IMG/VR virus record: IMGVR_UViG_3300037483_000992
Span: 1-35,943 of that record
Source: a virus
Taxonomy: Duplodnaviria; Caudoviricetes
Strand: one strand, 5' to 3'
DNA length: 35,943 bases
Shown here: positions 16,133 to 25,417 of the stretch, one piece after another
How the letters are laid out: each line of letters starts with the position of its first letter
Position numbering within the stretch: position 1 is the stretch's first letter
Position numbers and translations under genes: made by a program
The notes under the pieces: generated by a model
The model's database searches: none
What the model saw: only the letters and a program-made list of their open reading frames with translations
Told to the model about the DNA's origin: nothing

Positions 16133-17648
16133 GCTCACGGAACATAAATTCGATCAATGGGCGGATGATCTCAAGTCCTGGATACTCGAGTCGGTTTCGC
16201 CCTTTGAAGACGACACGCCGGAAAAGCAGGCCGAGCGCAAGGAAAGAGCCAAATGGGACAAGTTGTTTTTCATGAATACCTATCTTCCCCATTATTTTAC
16301 GGCGGAATTCGGTGAATTTCACGAAGAATGGGGCGATCTTTCAGAGATACGTGATGAGGCCGTATTTGTGGCGGCGCCGAGAGAGCATGCCAAATCGACA
16401 TTTTTCACCTTCGGCGATCCGATTCATGACGTGTGTTATACGCTGCGCTGGTTCATCCTCATCATTTCCGACACCAACGACCAGGCCACCGGGTTCACGC
16501 TGCCGATCCGGCTCGAGCTGGAAGACAATCCGCGCATCAAACATGATTTCGGAAATCTGGTGGGACGGGTCTGGAAGCAAAACGATTTTACGACGTCGAA
16601 CGGCGTCAAGGTGCTGGCGAGAGGCAGGGGAGAGAAAGTTCGCGGTCTGAAAAACCGGCAGCACCGGCCGGATAAGGCCATCCCCGATGATTTTGAAAAC
16701 GATGAAAATGTCGAAAACCCGAAGCTGGTCACCAAGGGCATCAGGTGGCTGAAACGGGCGGTGATCGGATCGATGGGCGCAGGCTATACGTTCCTCATGG
16801 TAGGTAATCTTTTCCACCCGAAATCGGTTTTGTCCCAGTTCATCGCCGAAAAAGACGAGGACGGAACGCCGCTGTATATCTCCCGCATTTACCAGGCATG
16901 GATCGATTACGGAAAGCCGGACCAGCGCCCGCTGTGGCCGGCCCTGTGGTCTGCAGAGCGTTTGGAAAAAAAACGGCGCCAGATGGGCACGGTGGATTTC
17001 AACGCCGAAATGATGAACCTCACCGGCGCTGAAGACAGCCCGTTCAAGGAAATGTGGTTCCGGTATTACGGGCGTATCGAGATCGTCAACCGTGTGTTGC
17101 AGGTCGCGTCCTTCGTAGACCCGAGCGCAACCAGCACGGAATCGTCGGATTTTAAATCGGTGATTACGGTCAGCTCCGAACAATATGAAAAACTCATTTA
17201 CAGATGTCTGCATGCGTGGATCCGAAAAGCCACCATCGGCGAGATGTTCGACGCAGCCTATCACCAGGTGGATCATTATAGCGGCCAAATCGGGATCGAA
17301 GAAAATATGTTCAAGGATTTTCTGCACAACGCCATCGCAGAGGAAGCCAAACGCCGCAACCGGTACCTGCCCTGGATGCCGGTGCATCATTCCGGGAACA
17401 AACGGGCAAGAATCGTTGGGACATTAAGTTATCTGGTGGAACACGGCCTTCTGCTTTTCGAAAAAAACCACAGCGATCAGGATCTGCTGATCGAGCAGCT
17501 CATATACATCGACAACAAAAACGTCAATGATGACGGCCCGGACGGGCTAGAAGGCGCGGTGAATTTGCTCCAGAGCGGTTCGCTCGGACCGGCGGAATAC
17601 GAATCCTTAACCAAGCGGCGGTTTGCCGAAGTTAAAGGAGCCTATTGA
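16116..17648 (+). CDS. terL: Terminase large subunit
   Basis: APREHAKST Walker A, DDFEND Walker B, VDPS and DDGPD nuclease motifs. Confidence 0.93.
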   Translation: MRKRPKLTEHKFDQWADDLKSWILESVSPFEDDTPEKQAERKERAKWDKLFFMNTYLPHYFTAEFGEFHEEWGDLSEIRDEAVFVAAPREHAKSTFFTFGDPIHDVCYTLRWFILIISDTNDQATGFTLPIRLELEDNPRIKHDFGNLVGRVWKQNDFTTSNGVKVLARGRGEKVRGLKNRQHRPDKAIPDDFENDENVENPKLVTKGIRWLKRAVIGSMGAGYTFLMVGNLFHPKSVLSQFIAEKDEDGTPLYISRIYQAWIDYGKPDQRPLWPALWSAERLEKKRRQMGTVDFNAEMMNLTGAEDSPFKEMWFRYYGRIEIVNRVLQVASFVDPSATSTESSDFKSVITVSSEQYEKLIYRCLHAWIRKATIGEMFDAAYHQVDHYSGQIGIEENMFKDFLHNAIAEEAKRRNRYLPWMPVHHSGNKRARIVGTLSYLVEHGLLLFEKNHSDQDLLIEQLIYIDNKNVNDDGPDGLEGAVNLLQSGSLGPAEYESLTKRRFAEVKGAY

Positions 17649-17776
17649 ATGAAGGATTGATGTTTACCCGCCTTTGGCGGCGCCGGAGGCGACCAGGGAT
17701 TGTCGATTGAAGATATAAAAAACCGGAGCAAGGCGACACATTCAATCATCCATCAACAATCACATATCAACAATCC
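17646..17776. repeat. Heptamer hairpin with 36-bp element, copy 2 (17663-17698)
   Basis: GATTG-type arm and CAATC-type arm; removing the element restores the period. Confidence 0.8.
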
Positions 17777-17796
17777 AAAAACCGAAGGTTTTTAAC

Positions 17797-19389
17797 ATGG
17801 CAATGCTCTACGATCAATTCGGGCGCGAGGTCCGGGTGGAAAAGAAGCCCGAAATGCGCGAGGTGGCGGTAGCTGCGATCCGGGACCGGTGGTCCGCCTA
17901 TCCGAGCCAGGGCCTGACCCCTCAGAAGCTGGCCACGATATTTAAACAGGCCGACGGGGGAGACATCTATTCCCAGGCCGAGCTGTGCGAGGAAATGGAG
18001 GAAAAAGACACGCACCTGTTTTCACAGCTCCAGACCCGCAAAAACGCGGTGCTGGGTCTGGATTATGAAGTGGCGCCCTATTCGGACAGTTCCGAAGACC
18101 GAAAAATCGCCGAGTTTGTAAATGATGTTTTTTACAATCTCAATGATTTCGATGACAGCCTGCTGGATTCACTGGACGCCATCGGCAAGGGCTATTCCAT
18201 GTGCGAGATTATGTGGGCCACGGACAGCCGGTATGCGGTGATCGAGCGCATGGAATGGATCCATGCAAAGAAGGCGATTTTTTACGACATTGCCGCGGAT
18301 TCCTGGAAACGGTTATACCAGATGCCGAGAATCGTGACCGAGGCAGAGCCGTTCAAAGGCGAAATCATGCCGCCGTTCAAGCTGATGTACCACCGGTATA
18401 AGGCCCGTTCCGGGTACGACACCCGGGCCGGGTTGCTCCGGGTCTGCGCGTGGATGTACCTGTTCAAAAACTACGCCATCAAGGACTGGGTGGCCTTTAT
18501 GGAAGTGTTCGGTATTCCGCTGCGTCTCGGGAAATACGATGCGGGCGCCGGGCGGGAAGATAAAGATGCGCTCATCGCGGCCATATCAAGTCTTGGGTCT
18601 GATGCCGCCGGCATTATTTCCAAGAACACGGAGATCGAGTTTGTCGAAGCCCAGAAGGGCCAGTCAAAAGAAAATCCGTTCCAGGGCCTGGCCGAGTTCT
18701 GCGACAAACAAATGTCAAAAGCCGTCGTGGGGCAAACCGCCAGCTCCGAAGGCACGCCGGGAAAACTCGGAAATGAAGACGCCCAGGACAAGGTACGCCA
18801 TGACCTTATTAAGGCCGATTGCGAAGCCCTTGCCAAAACCCTGCGGTTTCAGGCCATACGGCCCCTGGTCGGCTATAATTTCGGATGGGACAAACCCCTT
18901 CCCTGGTTCGACTTCAAGTTCGAGCCGCCGGAAGATTTAAAAGCCCTGTCCGAGGTCTATAAGAATTTGTCGGAAATCAATTATCCGCTCACCGTCGAGC
19001 ATGTCTCCGAGCGGTTCAAGGTGCCCGTGCCGGAAAAGGGCCAGACGGTCCTGGCGCCGAAAACATCCCAGGGTGCGTTCAAACATGGACTTATCGTTGC
19101 GAAACAGGGCCGATTTCCACCGGAGCAGGAAAACATCGAGGCATTGGTTGCGTCGACAGGAGATCGCAGCGCACAGGCGCTCTCAGGGCTCACGGCGCCC
19201 ATAAAAAAAATAATCGCCGAGGCCGAATCCCTGGAGGATGTCCGGGACCGGATCATCGCCTCTTATTCGGACATGGACAAAAATGTGCTGGCTGACCTGC
19301 TGGCCCGGGCCATGTTCGTTGCGGAGCTGTATGGCCGGGCCTCGGTGAACAGAGAAATGGACCTGCAGGACAAAAACAGGAGGGCATAA
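17797..19389 (+). CDS. Portal protein (Mu gp29, DUF935)
   Basis: EMEEKD.HL, GLLR..AW.YLFK, FMEVFG.PLR.GKY, MSKA.VGQT. Confidence 0.95.
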   Translation: MAMLYDQFGREVRVEKKPEMREVAVAAIRDRWSAYPSQGLTPQKLATIFKQADGGDIYSQAELCEEMEEKDTHLFSQLQTRKNAVLGLDYEVAPYSDSSEDRKIAEFVNDVFYNLNDFDDSLLDSLDAIGKGYSMCEIMWATDSRYAVIERMEWIHAKKAIFYDIAADSWKRLYQMPRIVTEAEPFKGEIMPPFKLMYHRYKARSGYDTRAGLLRVCAWMYLFKNYAIKDWVAFMEVFGIPLRLGKYDAGAGREDKDALIAAISSLGSDAAGIISKNTEIEFVEAQKGQSKENPFQGLAEFCDKQMSKAVVGQTASSEGTPGKLGNEDAQDKVRHDLIKADCEALAKTLRFQAIRPLVGYNFGWDKPLPWFDFKFEPPEDLKALSEVYKNLSEINYPLTVEHVSERFKVPVPEKGQTVLAPKTSQGAFKHGLIVAKQGRFPPEQENIEALVASTGDRSAQALSGLTAPIKKIIAEAESLEDVRDRIIASYSDMDKNVLADLLARAMFVAELYGRASVNREMDLQDKNRRA

Positions 19390-19562
19390 TGGCAAATGAT
19401 CTAAAAGGCAGTCCGCTGAAAATCGATACCATCCGGCAGCAGGTGTTCGATGGCGAGGGCACGTTGCGGTCGGATAAGACTTTGAAACACAATGTGTGTG
19501 GAAAGGACGTCGAGGTTGAAAATCCAAAGGATGCCGTCGAAAATCAATCAATAACCAAATAA
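19389..19562 (+). CDS. 57-aa hypothetical protein (not in ORF track)
   Basis: TAATG overlap with portal; stop abuts the gpF ATG. Confidence 0.55.
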   Translation: MANDLKGSPLKIDTIRQQVFDGEGTLRSDKTLKHNVCGKDVEVENPKDAVENQSITK

Positions 19563-20306
19563 ATGCCCATGCCGGATCTGCTCAAAAATATCGATCTTGA
19601 GCCGCTGCCCTTTGATGAGGCTATTGCGTTTTTCGTCGACAAGGTGCCCATGACCGTCGATGAGTTTTACGCGCTGGCCGAGGAAATTCGCGCACGGGCG
19701 TTCACCGTGGCCCGGGTGACGTCGATGGACGTGATCATGGACATCAGCGACGCACTTTCGGCGGCCCTCGATACCGGCGAAACCCTGGCGGATTTCAGGG
19801 CGGGCCTGTCGGAGATCATGTCCGCACGGGGCTGGGAGGGCCTGACGCCCTGGCATGCGGAGACGGTGTTCCGGAACAATATCCAGACCAGCTATTCCGT
19901 CGGGCGATGGAACCAGATCAAAGATTCCGGCGACCGGTTTTACGGGGAGTACGACGCGGTCAACGATTCCCATACCCGGCCCACTCACGCGGCGATGGAC
20001 GGCAAAATCTATCCGATGGATCACCCGTTCTGGGACACCTGGTGGCCGCCCAACGGGCACCGGTGCCGGTGCGGGGTGAACCCGGTGCATAAATACGTTG
20101 TCGAAGAAGAGGGTCTGAAAGTGGAGACCGACGATCCCACAAACATGCTCATCGAGCCCGAAGATCCGGTGTCCGGAAAGAAGCTTCCGGCCCGGCCCCT
20201 GGCGCCCGATCCCGGATGGGACACGCACCCGGGGAAAACACCCTGGGAGCCGGACCTGTCGAGGTATACGGATGAGCTGGCGAAACGTTTTCGGGAGGAA
20301 TTGTGA
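19563..20306 (+). CDS. Head morphogenesis protein (Mu gpF/gp30)
   Basis: AFTVA, ETVFRNN, D..TRP.H, PPNGHRCRC. Confidence 0.93.
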   Translation: MPMPDLLKNIDLEPLPFDEAIAFFVDKVPMTVDEFYALAEEIRARAFTVARVTSMDVIMDISDALSAALDTGETLADFRAGLSEIMSARGWEGLTPWHAETVFRNNIQTSYSVGRWNQIKDSGDRFYGEYDAVNDSHTRPTHAAMDGKIYPMDHPFWDTWWPPNGHRCRCGVNPVHKYVVEEEGLKVETDDPTNMLIEPEDPVSGKKLPARPLAPDPGWDTHPGKTPWEPDLSRYTDELAKRFREEL

Positions 20307-21355
20307 TGAAAGCATTCTTTATTTTGAAACAGATCGACGGCGCGCCGGGCACGTTCCAGGTGCTGCCGTACGGGAAAATCGAGATCGAGGGCGAACCCCC
20401 GGCATTTCTGGACGAAGACGGCATGGCCTCTGTCATCGCCCATTTTACGCGCCGGGAAAACGACATGGTCATCGACTACGAGCACCAGACCCTTAAAGAT
20501 GTCCAGGCTCCGGCCGCCGGCTGGATCTCGAAGCTCGTCGATAAGGGCAAGGACGGCCTGTGGTGCGTGGTCGAATGGACGCAAAAGGCCAAAGACTATA
20601 TCTCCACAAAGGAGTACAGGTATTTTTCACCGGTCATGTGGCTGCGGGAAAAAGACCGCCAGGTGGTCAAGATCGAGCATGTCGCGCTCACAAATTACCC
20701 CAAAGTCAATCATTTGAGGCCGATCGTCGCCAAGCTGGCGTGGTCGAATGAATATGACGCAAAAGACACCAACAAAGGAGAAAACATCATGATGAAAAAA
20801 TTACTAAAACTGTTCGGGCTGGCAGAGGACGCCGGCGAAGACAAGGTTGTCGATGCGGCAACGGCGGTTATCGCAAAAAACCAGGCGCTGGAAGATGCGG
20901 CCAAAAAAAGCGTCGAAGTCGTGGCCTGCAAGGAAGTTATGGAAGTATTGAAGCTCGGGGAAACCGCCGATAAGATCGCCGTAATTGCAGCCATCAAAAG
21001 CCTTGGAAGCACCGATGATGTGGCCAAAGAACTATCTTTGCAGGTGGCAAAACTCACCAGAGAAATTTCCGAGATAAAGCAAAACGACCTGGTTGCCCTG
21101 GCGCTCAAAGACGGCAAGACAAGCCCCGACGAGCTCGACAAATGGGGCCGTTACCTGGCGCTTAACAACCCGAAGCAGTTCGAACTCATCGTGCTGTCCC
21201 GGCCGTCCGGGAGCGTGATCCCGATGGAAAAGATCAATCATAAGCCGGATAAAAAACCCGGCGAGGCGGACGACGTCCAGCTCTCCATCAACAAGATGAT
21301 GGGCATCGATGCGGAGACCTGGAAGAAATACAATCCGGACGCTCGAAAAGCATAA
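20306..21355 (+). CDS. Prohead protease/scaffold (Mu gpI) with probable internal scaffold start at 20789
   Basis: IDYEHQT, APAAGW, VEWT, EYRYFSP, ALTN.P; internal AAGGAG RBS. Confidence 0.93.
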   Translation: MKAFFILKQIDGAPGTFQVLPYGKIEIEGEPPAFLDEDGMASVIAHFTRRENDMVIDYEHQTLKDVQAPAAGWISKLVDKGKDGLWCVVEWTQKAKDYISTKEYRYFSPVMWLREKDRQVVKIEHVALTNYPKVNHLRPIVAKLAWSNEYDAKDTNKGENIMMKKLLKLFGLAEDAGEDKVVDAATAVIAKNQALEDAAKKSVEVVACKEVMEVLKLGETADKIAVIAAIKSLGSTDDVAKELSLQVAKLTREISEIKQNDLVALALKDGKTSPDELDKWGRYLALNNPKQFELIVLSRPSGSVIPMEKINHKPDKKPGEADDVQLSINKMMGIDAETWKKYNPDARKA

Positions 21356-21393
21356 CAGGGGTATAAAATATCTATAAAAAAAGGAGATAAATC

Positions 21394-22470
21394 ATGACGA
21401 TAACCGTAGATCAAAAACTCGAATACCGGGAGGGCATTGAGCTGGAATACGATGTCTACCAAAGCACCAAGATCTTCGCCGGCTGTGACGTCTGTGTGAA
21501 TGCGGCCGGTTACCTGGTGATGGGAGGCGATATATCGGGACAGATATATCAGGGCGTATCCAGAGAATATGTGGACAATTCCGATGGATCGGACGGCGAC
21601 CTGAAGTGTAAGGTCCGCCGGCGCGGGCTGGTCAAGCGAACGCTGGCCACCGCCATCACCATCGCCAATGTCGGTGACAATGTTTTCCTGGCCGGAGACA
21701 ACACGGTCGATGTTGCCGGGAACGTAACCTATGGTATTTTCTGCGGGATCATCGCCGGATTCATCGATACGACCCATGCCTGGATCGACATCGAGCCGGC
21801 CATCCGGCAGGCCGATGTGGCCACCCATATCGCGGACGCGTCAGGCGCCCATGCGGCCAGCGCGATATCCATTGCCGACGCCGGCGAGTTTACCGAGAAC
21901 GACGAAACCGAGGCCGTTTTGCAGGAGATATTGCAGCACCTTAAAAGCGCCCAGGGCACCATCGACATCCCCATGCCGGTCATCACCAACGCCGGTGTCG
22001 CACTGGCCGCATTCGCAGACGCCGACGACCCGCTACCCGGATTCTGCGTCACCGCAGAAGGTCTTGGCATCCGGTGGAACAATCACGGCACGCCGACCCC
22101 GGTCGGGGCAAAAGTGCTGGTGCCGCCGGATGCGGATATCACCGCCAATATGACGCTGAATATCCTGGCGGCAAAAACCGGCGCGACGCAGGGCGATGCC
22201 ACCGAATTCACTGTCGAGGCATTCAACAACGTGGTCAATGCACTCTATGACGCCGATGCCGATTTCGGAGGGGATACGACCGCCATGACGGGCGACGCTA
22301 CGGCAAAAACCGTGCAGAACGTGACCCTTACCCTGGCACTGGCAAACCTTGCGGCATACCCTGCGGCGATGGAGCTGACCATCCAGCCGAAAGACGGCAC
22401 CCTCGGTACGGACGATGTGATCATGCTCAAGGCGTGGATCACCTATAAAAAGAAGCTGCTCGCATCATAA
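21394..22470 (+). CDS. Capsid cement/decoration protein with long C-terminal extension
   Basis: N-terminal ~135 aa resembles the small trimeric cement proteins located between protease and capsid genes; AAGGAG RBS. Confidence 0.7.
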   Translation: MTITVDQKLEYREGIELEYDVYQSTKIFAGCDVCVNAAGYLVMGGDISGQIYQGVSREYVDNSDGSDGDLKCKVRRRGLVKRTLATAITIANVGDNVFLAGDNTVDVAGNVTYGIFCGIIAGFIDTTHAWIDIEPAIRQADVATHIADASGAHAASAISIADAGEFTENDETEAVLQEILQHLKSAQGTIDIPMPVITNAGVALAAFADADDPLPGFCVTAEGLGIRWNNHGTPTPVGAKVLVPPDADITANMTLNILAAKTGATQGDATEFTVEAFNNVVNALYDADADFGGDTTAMTGDATAKTVQNVTLTLALANLAAYPAAMELTIQPKDGTLGTDDVIMLKAWITYKKKLLAS

Positions 22471-22473
22471 GAA

Positions 22474-22542
22474 AATTTTAAATTGTGAATGATGAATTCT
22501 TAATTTTTTCAATTCAAAACTCAAAATTAAACATTCAAAATT
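22474..22542. repeat. AT-rich heptamer hairpin before the capsid gene
   Basis: AATTTTAAATTGTGAATGATGAATT arm and AATTCAAAACTCAAAATTAAACATTCAAAATT arm. Confidence 0.75.
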
Positions 22543-22562
22543 ATGAATAAGGAGGCAGGAAA

Positions 22563-23444
22563 ATGATAATTAATCAGGTAAATTTGAGCGGGATTTACAA
22601 ATCCTTTTCCACCATTTTTAACCAAGCGTTCGATGCTGCGCCGAGCTTTGTGGACCTGGTAGCCATGATGACCCGCAGCGGGGGAAAAAGTGTCGATTAC
22701 AAATGGCTTGGGGATTTTCCCATGATGCGTGAGTGGCTCGGAGACCGGGTCATCAAGGATCTCTCGGCATTTCATTACGAAATCGTCAATAAATCGTTTG
22801 AGGTCACTGTCGAGGTGGACAAAGACGATGTCGAGGACGATGAAGTTGGCGTATATACGCCCAAGTTTCAAATGCTCGGACAGTCTGCCAAAGTACATCC
22901 GGACATTCTGGTGTATGCGCTGCTGGCTTCCGGATTTGCCACTGTCTGTTTCGACGGCCAGTATTTTTTCGACACCGACCATCCGGTCGGAGATTCCACC
23001 GCATCCAATGACGGCGGAGGATCAGGCAATCCCTGGTATCTCATGGATCTGTCGAGACCGCTGAAACCCATCATTCTCCAAAGAAGAAAAGATCCCGAGT
23101 TTGTCGCGCTGGATCAACCGACGGATGAGCGGGCGTTTATGAGAAAAAAATTCATTTACGGCGTCGATGACCGTAAAAACGTCGGTTACGGCCTGTGGCA
23201 ACTCGCGTATGGATCGAAAGATACGCTAAATTCAACAAACTATTCCGCCGGCCGGGCTGCCATGATGGCGCTGACCAAAGGGGATAATGTCACCAAATTA
23301 GGCATCGTCCCGACCCATCTGGTTCACGGCCCGTTGAATGAATCCGCCGCAAAGGGCCTCATTGACAATGAGTTTGATGCGGCCGGTGCAAGCAATACCT
23401 GGTATAAAAGCGTCACCCGGGTGATGGTTCCCTGGATGACTTAG
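22563..23444 (+). CDS. Major capsid protein (Mu gpT)
   Basis: Y.WLG.FP.MREWLGDR, CFDGQYFFDTDHPV, WYL.D.SR.LKP.I.Q.R, GYG.WQ.AYGS. Confidence 0.96.
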   Translation: MIINQVNLSGIYKSFSTIFNQAFDAAPSFVDLVAMMTRSGGKSVDYKWLGDFPMMREWLGDRVIKDLSAFHYEIVNKSFEVTVEVDKDDVEDDEVGVYTPKFQMLGQSAKVHPDILVYALLASGFATVCFDGQYFFDTDHPVGDSTASNDGGGSGNPWYLMDLSRPLKPIILQRRKDPEFVALDQPTDERAFMRKKFIYGVDDRKNVGYGLWQLAYGSKDTLNSTNYSAGRAAMMALTKGDNVTKLGIVPTHLVHGPLNESAAKGLIDNEFDAAGASNTWYKSVTRVMVPWMT

Positions 23445-23453
23445 GCTTAAGTT

Positions 23454-23537
23454 CAGGCTGGAAAGCCTGTCCCACTTAATTTGAATTATATATTTTTAAT
23501 TTTTAATCGTATCGGCAGGCTGGAAAGCCTGCCCCAC
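23454..23537 (-). repeat. Two same-orientation REP-like units (23454-23475, 23514-23537)
   Basis: CAGGCTGGAAAGCCTGYCCCAC, same family as 11028 and 27261. Confidence 0.85.
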
Positions 23538-23552
23538 AAGAGGAGAAAAACC

Positions 23553-23726
23553 ATGATTCGAATCATATCCAAGAAAAACGGTTTCCGACGCTGCGGCATC
23601 GCGCATTCGGACAAACCCACCGATTATCCAAACGATAAGTTTACCAAAAAAGAGATGGATCGGCTCAAAAACGAGCCCATGCTGATGGTGGTGGAGCTGC
23701 CGGATGAACCGAAAAAAGGAAAGTAG
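23553..23726 (+). CDS. HI1506-like (Mu gp35-position) protein
   Basis: GFRRCG.AHS......F...E...LK.EPML.V; AGGAG RBS. Confidence 0.85.
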   Translation: MIRIISKKNGFRRCGIAHSDKPTDYPNDKFTKKEMDRLKNEPMLMVVELPDEPKKGK

Positions 23727-23729
23727 AAA

Positions 23730-24155
23730 ATGGCCTACTGCACGCAGGACGATATCCTGGAGCAGATCGACGAGGATGTGCTGATCCAGTTGACCGACGA
23801 CGACAACGTCGGCGATGTGGATGCAACCAAGGTAACGGCGGCCGTCGCCGGAGCGGACGCATTGATAGACGGGTACTGCGGTAAACGCTATACCGTGCCG
23901 TTTTCTACGGTGCCGTCACTGGTCGAAAAGTTTTCGGTGGATATCGCCATATATAACCTGTACGGCAGGCGCAAGGGCGCGCCGGATGATATCCGAACCC
24001 GGTACAAGGATGCCGTGGATTTTCTCAAAGGGGTCGCCTCGGGGAGCAACTCCCTGGGCGAAAACGATCCGGATGGGACATCCTCCAACGCGCCGGAAAT
24101 GTCCACATCCAATCCGACGCGTATTTTCACCCGGGACAAAATGAAAGGGTTCTGA
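23730..24155 (+). CDS. Head-tail adaptor (Mu gp36, DUF1320)
   Basis: MAYCT..D, A.A.IDGY...RY.VP, DIA.Y.L, RY.DAV.FL. Confidence 0.92.
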   Translation: MAYCTQDDILEQIDEDVLIQLTDDDNVGDVDATKVTAAVAGADALIDGYCGKRYTVPFSTVPSLVEKFSVDIAIYNLYGRRKGAPDDIRTRYKDAVDFLKGVASGSNSLGENDPDGTSSNAPEMSTSNPTRIFTRDKMKGF

Positions 24156-24673
24156 TGGTTGCCGTAAAATTCACAATCAAGGATCTCGAAGCCAAGGCCG
24201 CGTTGACGCAGATCGGCCAGCGTCTTTCGAACCCCGAAAAGGCGCTCAAAGACTGCGGCATGGTTCTGCTCAGGTCCATTGCGAAAAATTTCAAGTCAGG
24301 CGGGCGGCCCACCCGGTGGCATCCGTCCAAACGGGCGCTTAAAACCGGCGGGCAAACCCTGGTCAAAACGGCCCGGCTGATGCGGTCTGTCACCATGAGC
24401 GTATCCGGCAAAACATTGCGGGGCGGCACCAATGTTAAATACGCGCGCATCCACCAATTAGGCGGCAAAATCAACAAAAACGTCACCGTAAAACAGCACT
24501 GGCGGTATATGGCAAAGGCATTCGGAAAAGACATTCCGGCACGAAGCGTTCAGGTCCGCCAGCACAGTCGGCAGATGGACACCTACATTCCGGCCCGGCC
24601 GTTTCTTGTCATCCAGGATGCGGACTGGCGGGTGATGCGAAAAATTGTCGCCGAATATGTTTCAGAAAACTAA
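24155..24673 (+). CDS. Virion morphogenesis protein (Mu gpG family)
   Basis: L..T.RL..S, GTNVKYA.IHQ.GG, IPARPFL. Confidence 0.92.
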   Translation: MVAVKFTIKDLEAKAALTQIGQRLSNPEKALKDCGMVLLRSIAKNFKSGGRPTRWHPSKRALKTGGQTLVKTARLMRSVTMSVSGKTLRGGTNVKYARIHQLGGKINKNVTVKQHWRYMAKAFGKDIPARSVQVRQHSRQMDTYIPARPFLVIQDADWRVMRKIVAEYVSEN

Positions 24674-24697
24674 ATCCAAACGGTCAAAACGAACACA

Positions 24698-25138
24698 ATG
24701 AAAGCACTTTTGACAGCCATACAAACGCAGCTCCGGACGGATCTCACCTATGTGCGGGATAAGGACGTGTTCATTTCTAAAGACGAGGCTCTGGTGCCCG
24801 ATGCCGCCAAATCGCCGTTCGTCGGGCTGAAAGACGGTGCGATTTCGCGGACCAGAAGGCCCGGCGGCGCCCTGGAGATCGAGATGACCGTCCGGGTGGT
24901 CATCTGGGTGAAACTGCAAAAAGACCAGGCCGGGATCATCGGCGACAGCTCTGCGTCCAAAAAAGGCGTTTTAGATATCGCCGATGATATCTACAGCGCG
25001 CTAAACGACAATCTGCTGTCGATCTCCGGCATGCAGGATGCGTTCTGTCCGGACGAGACAGCCAGCGAAATGATGGGCGATGAGACCGAGCAGCTCCAGC
25101 GCAAAATCATGGACTGGCAGTATCTGAAACAATCATGA
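24698..25138 (+). CDS. Probable tail terminator/completion protein
   Basis: Size and position between neck and tail tube genes. Confidence 0.6.
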   Translation: MKALLTAIQTQLRTDLTYVRDKDVFISKDEALVPDAAKSPFVGLKDGAISRTRRPGGALEIEMTVRVVIWVKLQKDQAGIIGDSSASKKGVLDIADDIYSALNDNLLSISGMQDAFCPDETASEMMGDETEQLQRKIMDWQYLKQS

Positions 25139-25152
25139 TTGCGAGGTGAATA

Positions 25153-25377
25153 ATGATGGAAAAAGTCGCCGAATACGGTTCAGAAAATCGGAAGCCGGAT
25201 ATCGAGGTCGAGGTGATCCAGGCGCACCGTGAGACGCTGCCGGGCGGCGGGTTTGTCGAGCGGAAGGTGGGCGATATCATCGAAATCGAATTCGATGATT
25301 TTTGTTCCAATTTGCACCGGCAGGTGGCCTGCGCCCATGACTGCGACGGCATCAATTCAGAGCGGGTGACTATTTAA
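25153..25377 (+). CDS. Hypothetical protein
   Basis: GAGGT RBS; operon context. Confidence 0.55.
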   Translation: MMEKVAEYGSENRKPDIEVEVIQAHRETLPGGGFVERKVGDIIEIEFDDFCSNLHRQVACAHDCDGINSERVTI

Positions 25378-25417
25378 CGATTCAACCATTTAACCAAAAT
25401 CGCGGAGGGATTTTAAA

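Noticed and set aside
16341-17390. 349-aa minus-strand ORF and similar long antisense ORFs (19548-20315, 26057-26809, 27550-28209)
   Set aside because: Shadows of well-supported plus-strand genes with no recognisable motifs
23481-23552. N-terminal extension of the HI1506-like ORF
   Set aside because: Derived from a REP unit; the RBS supports 23553
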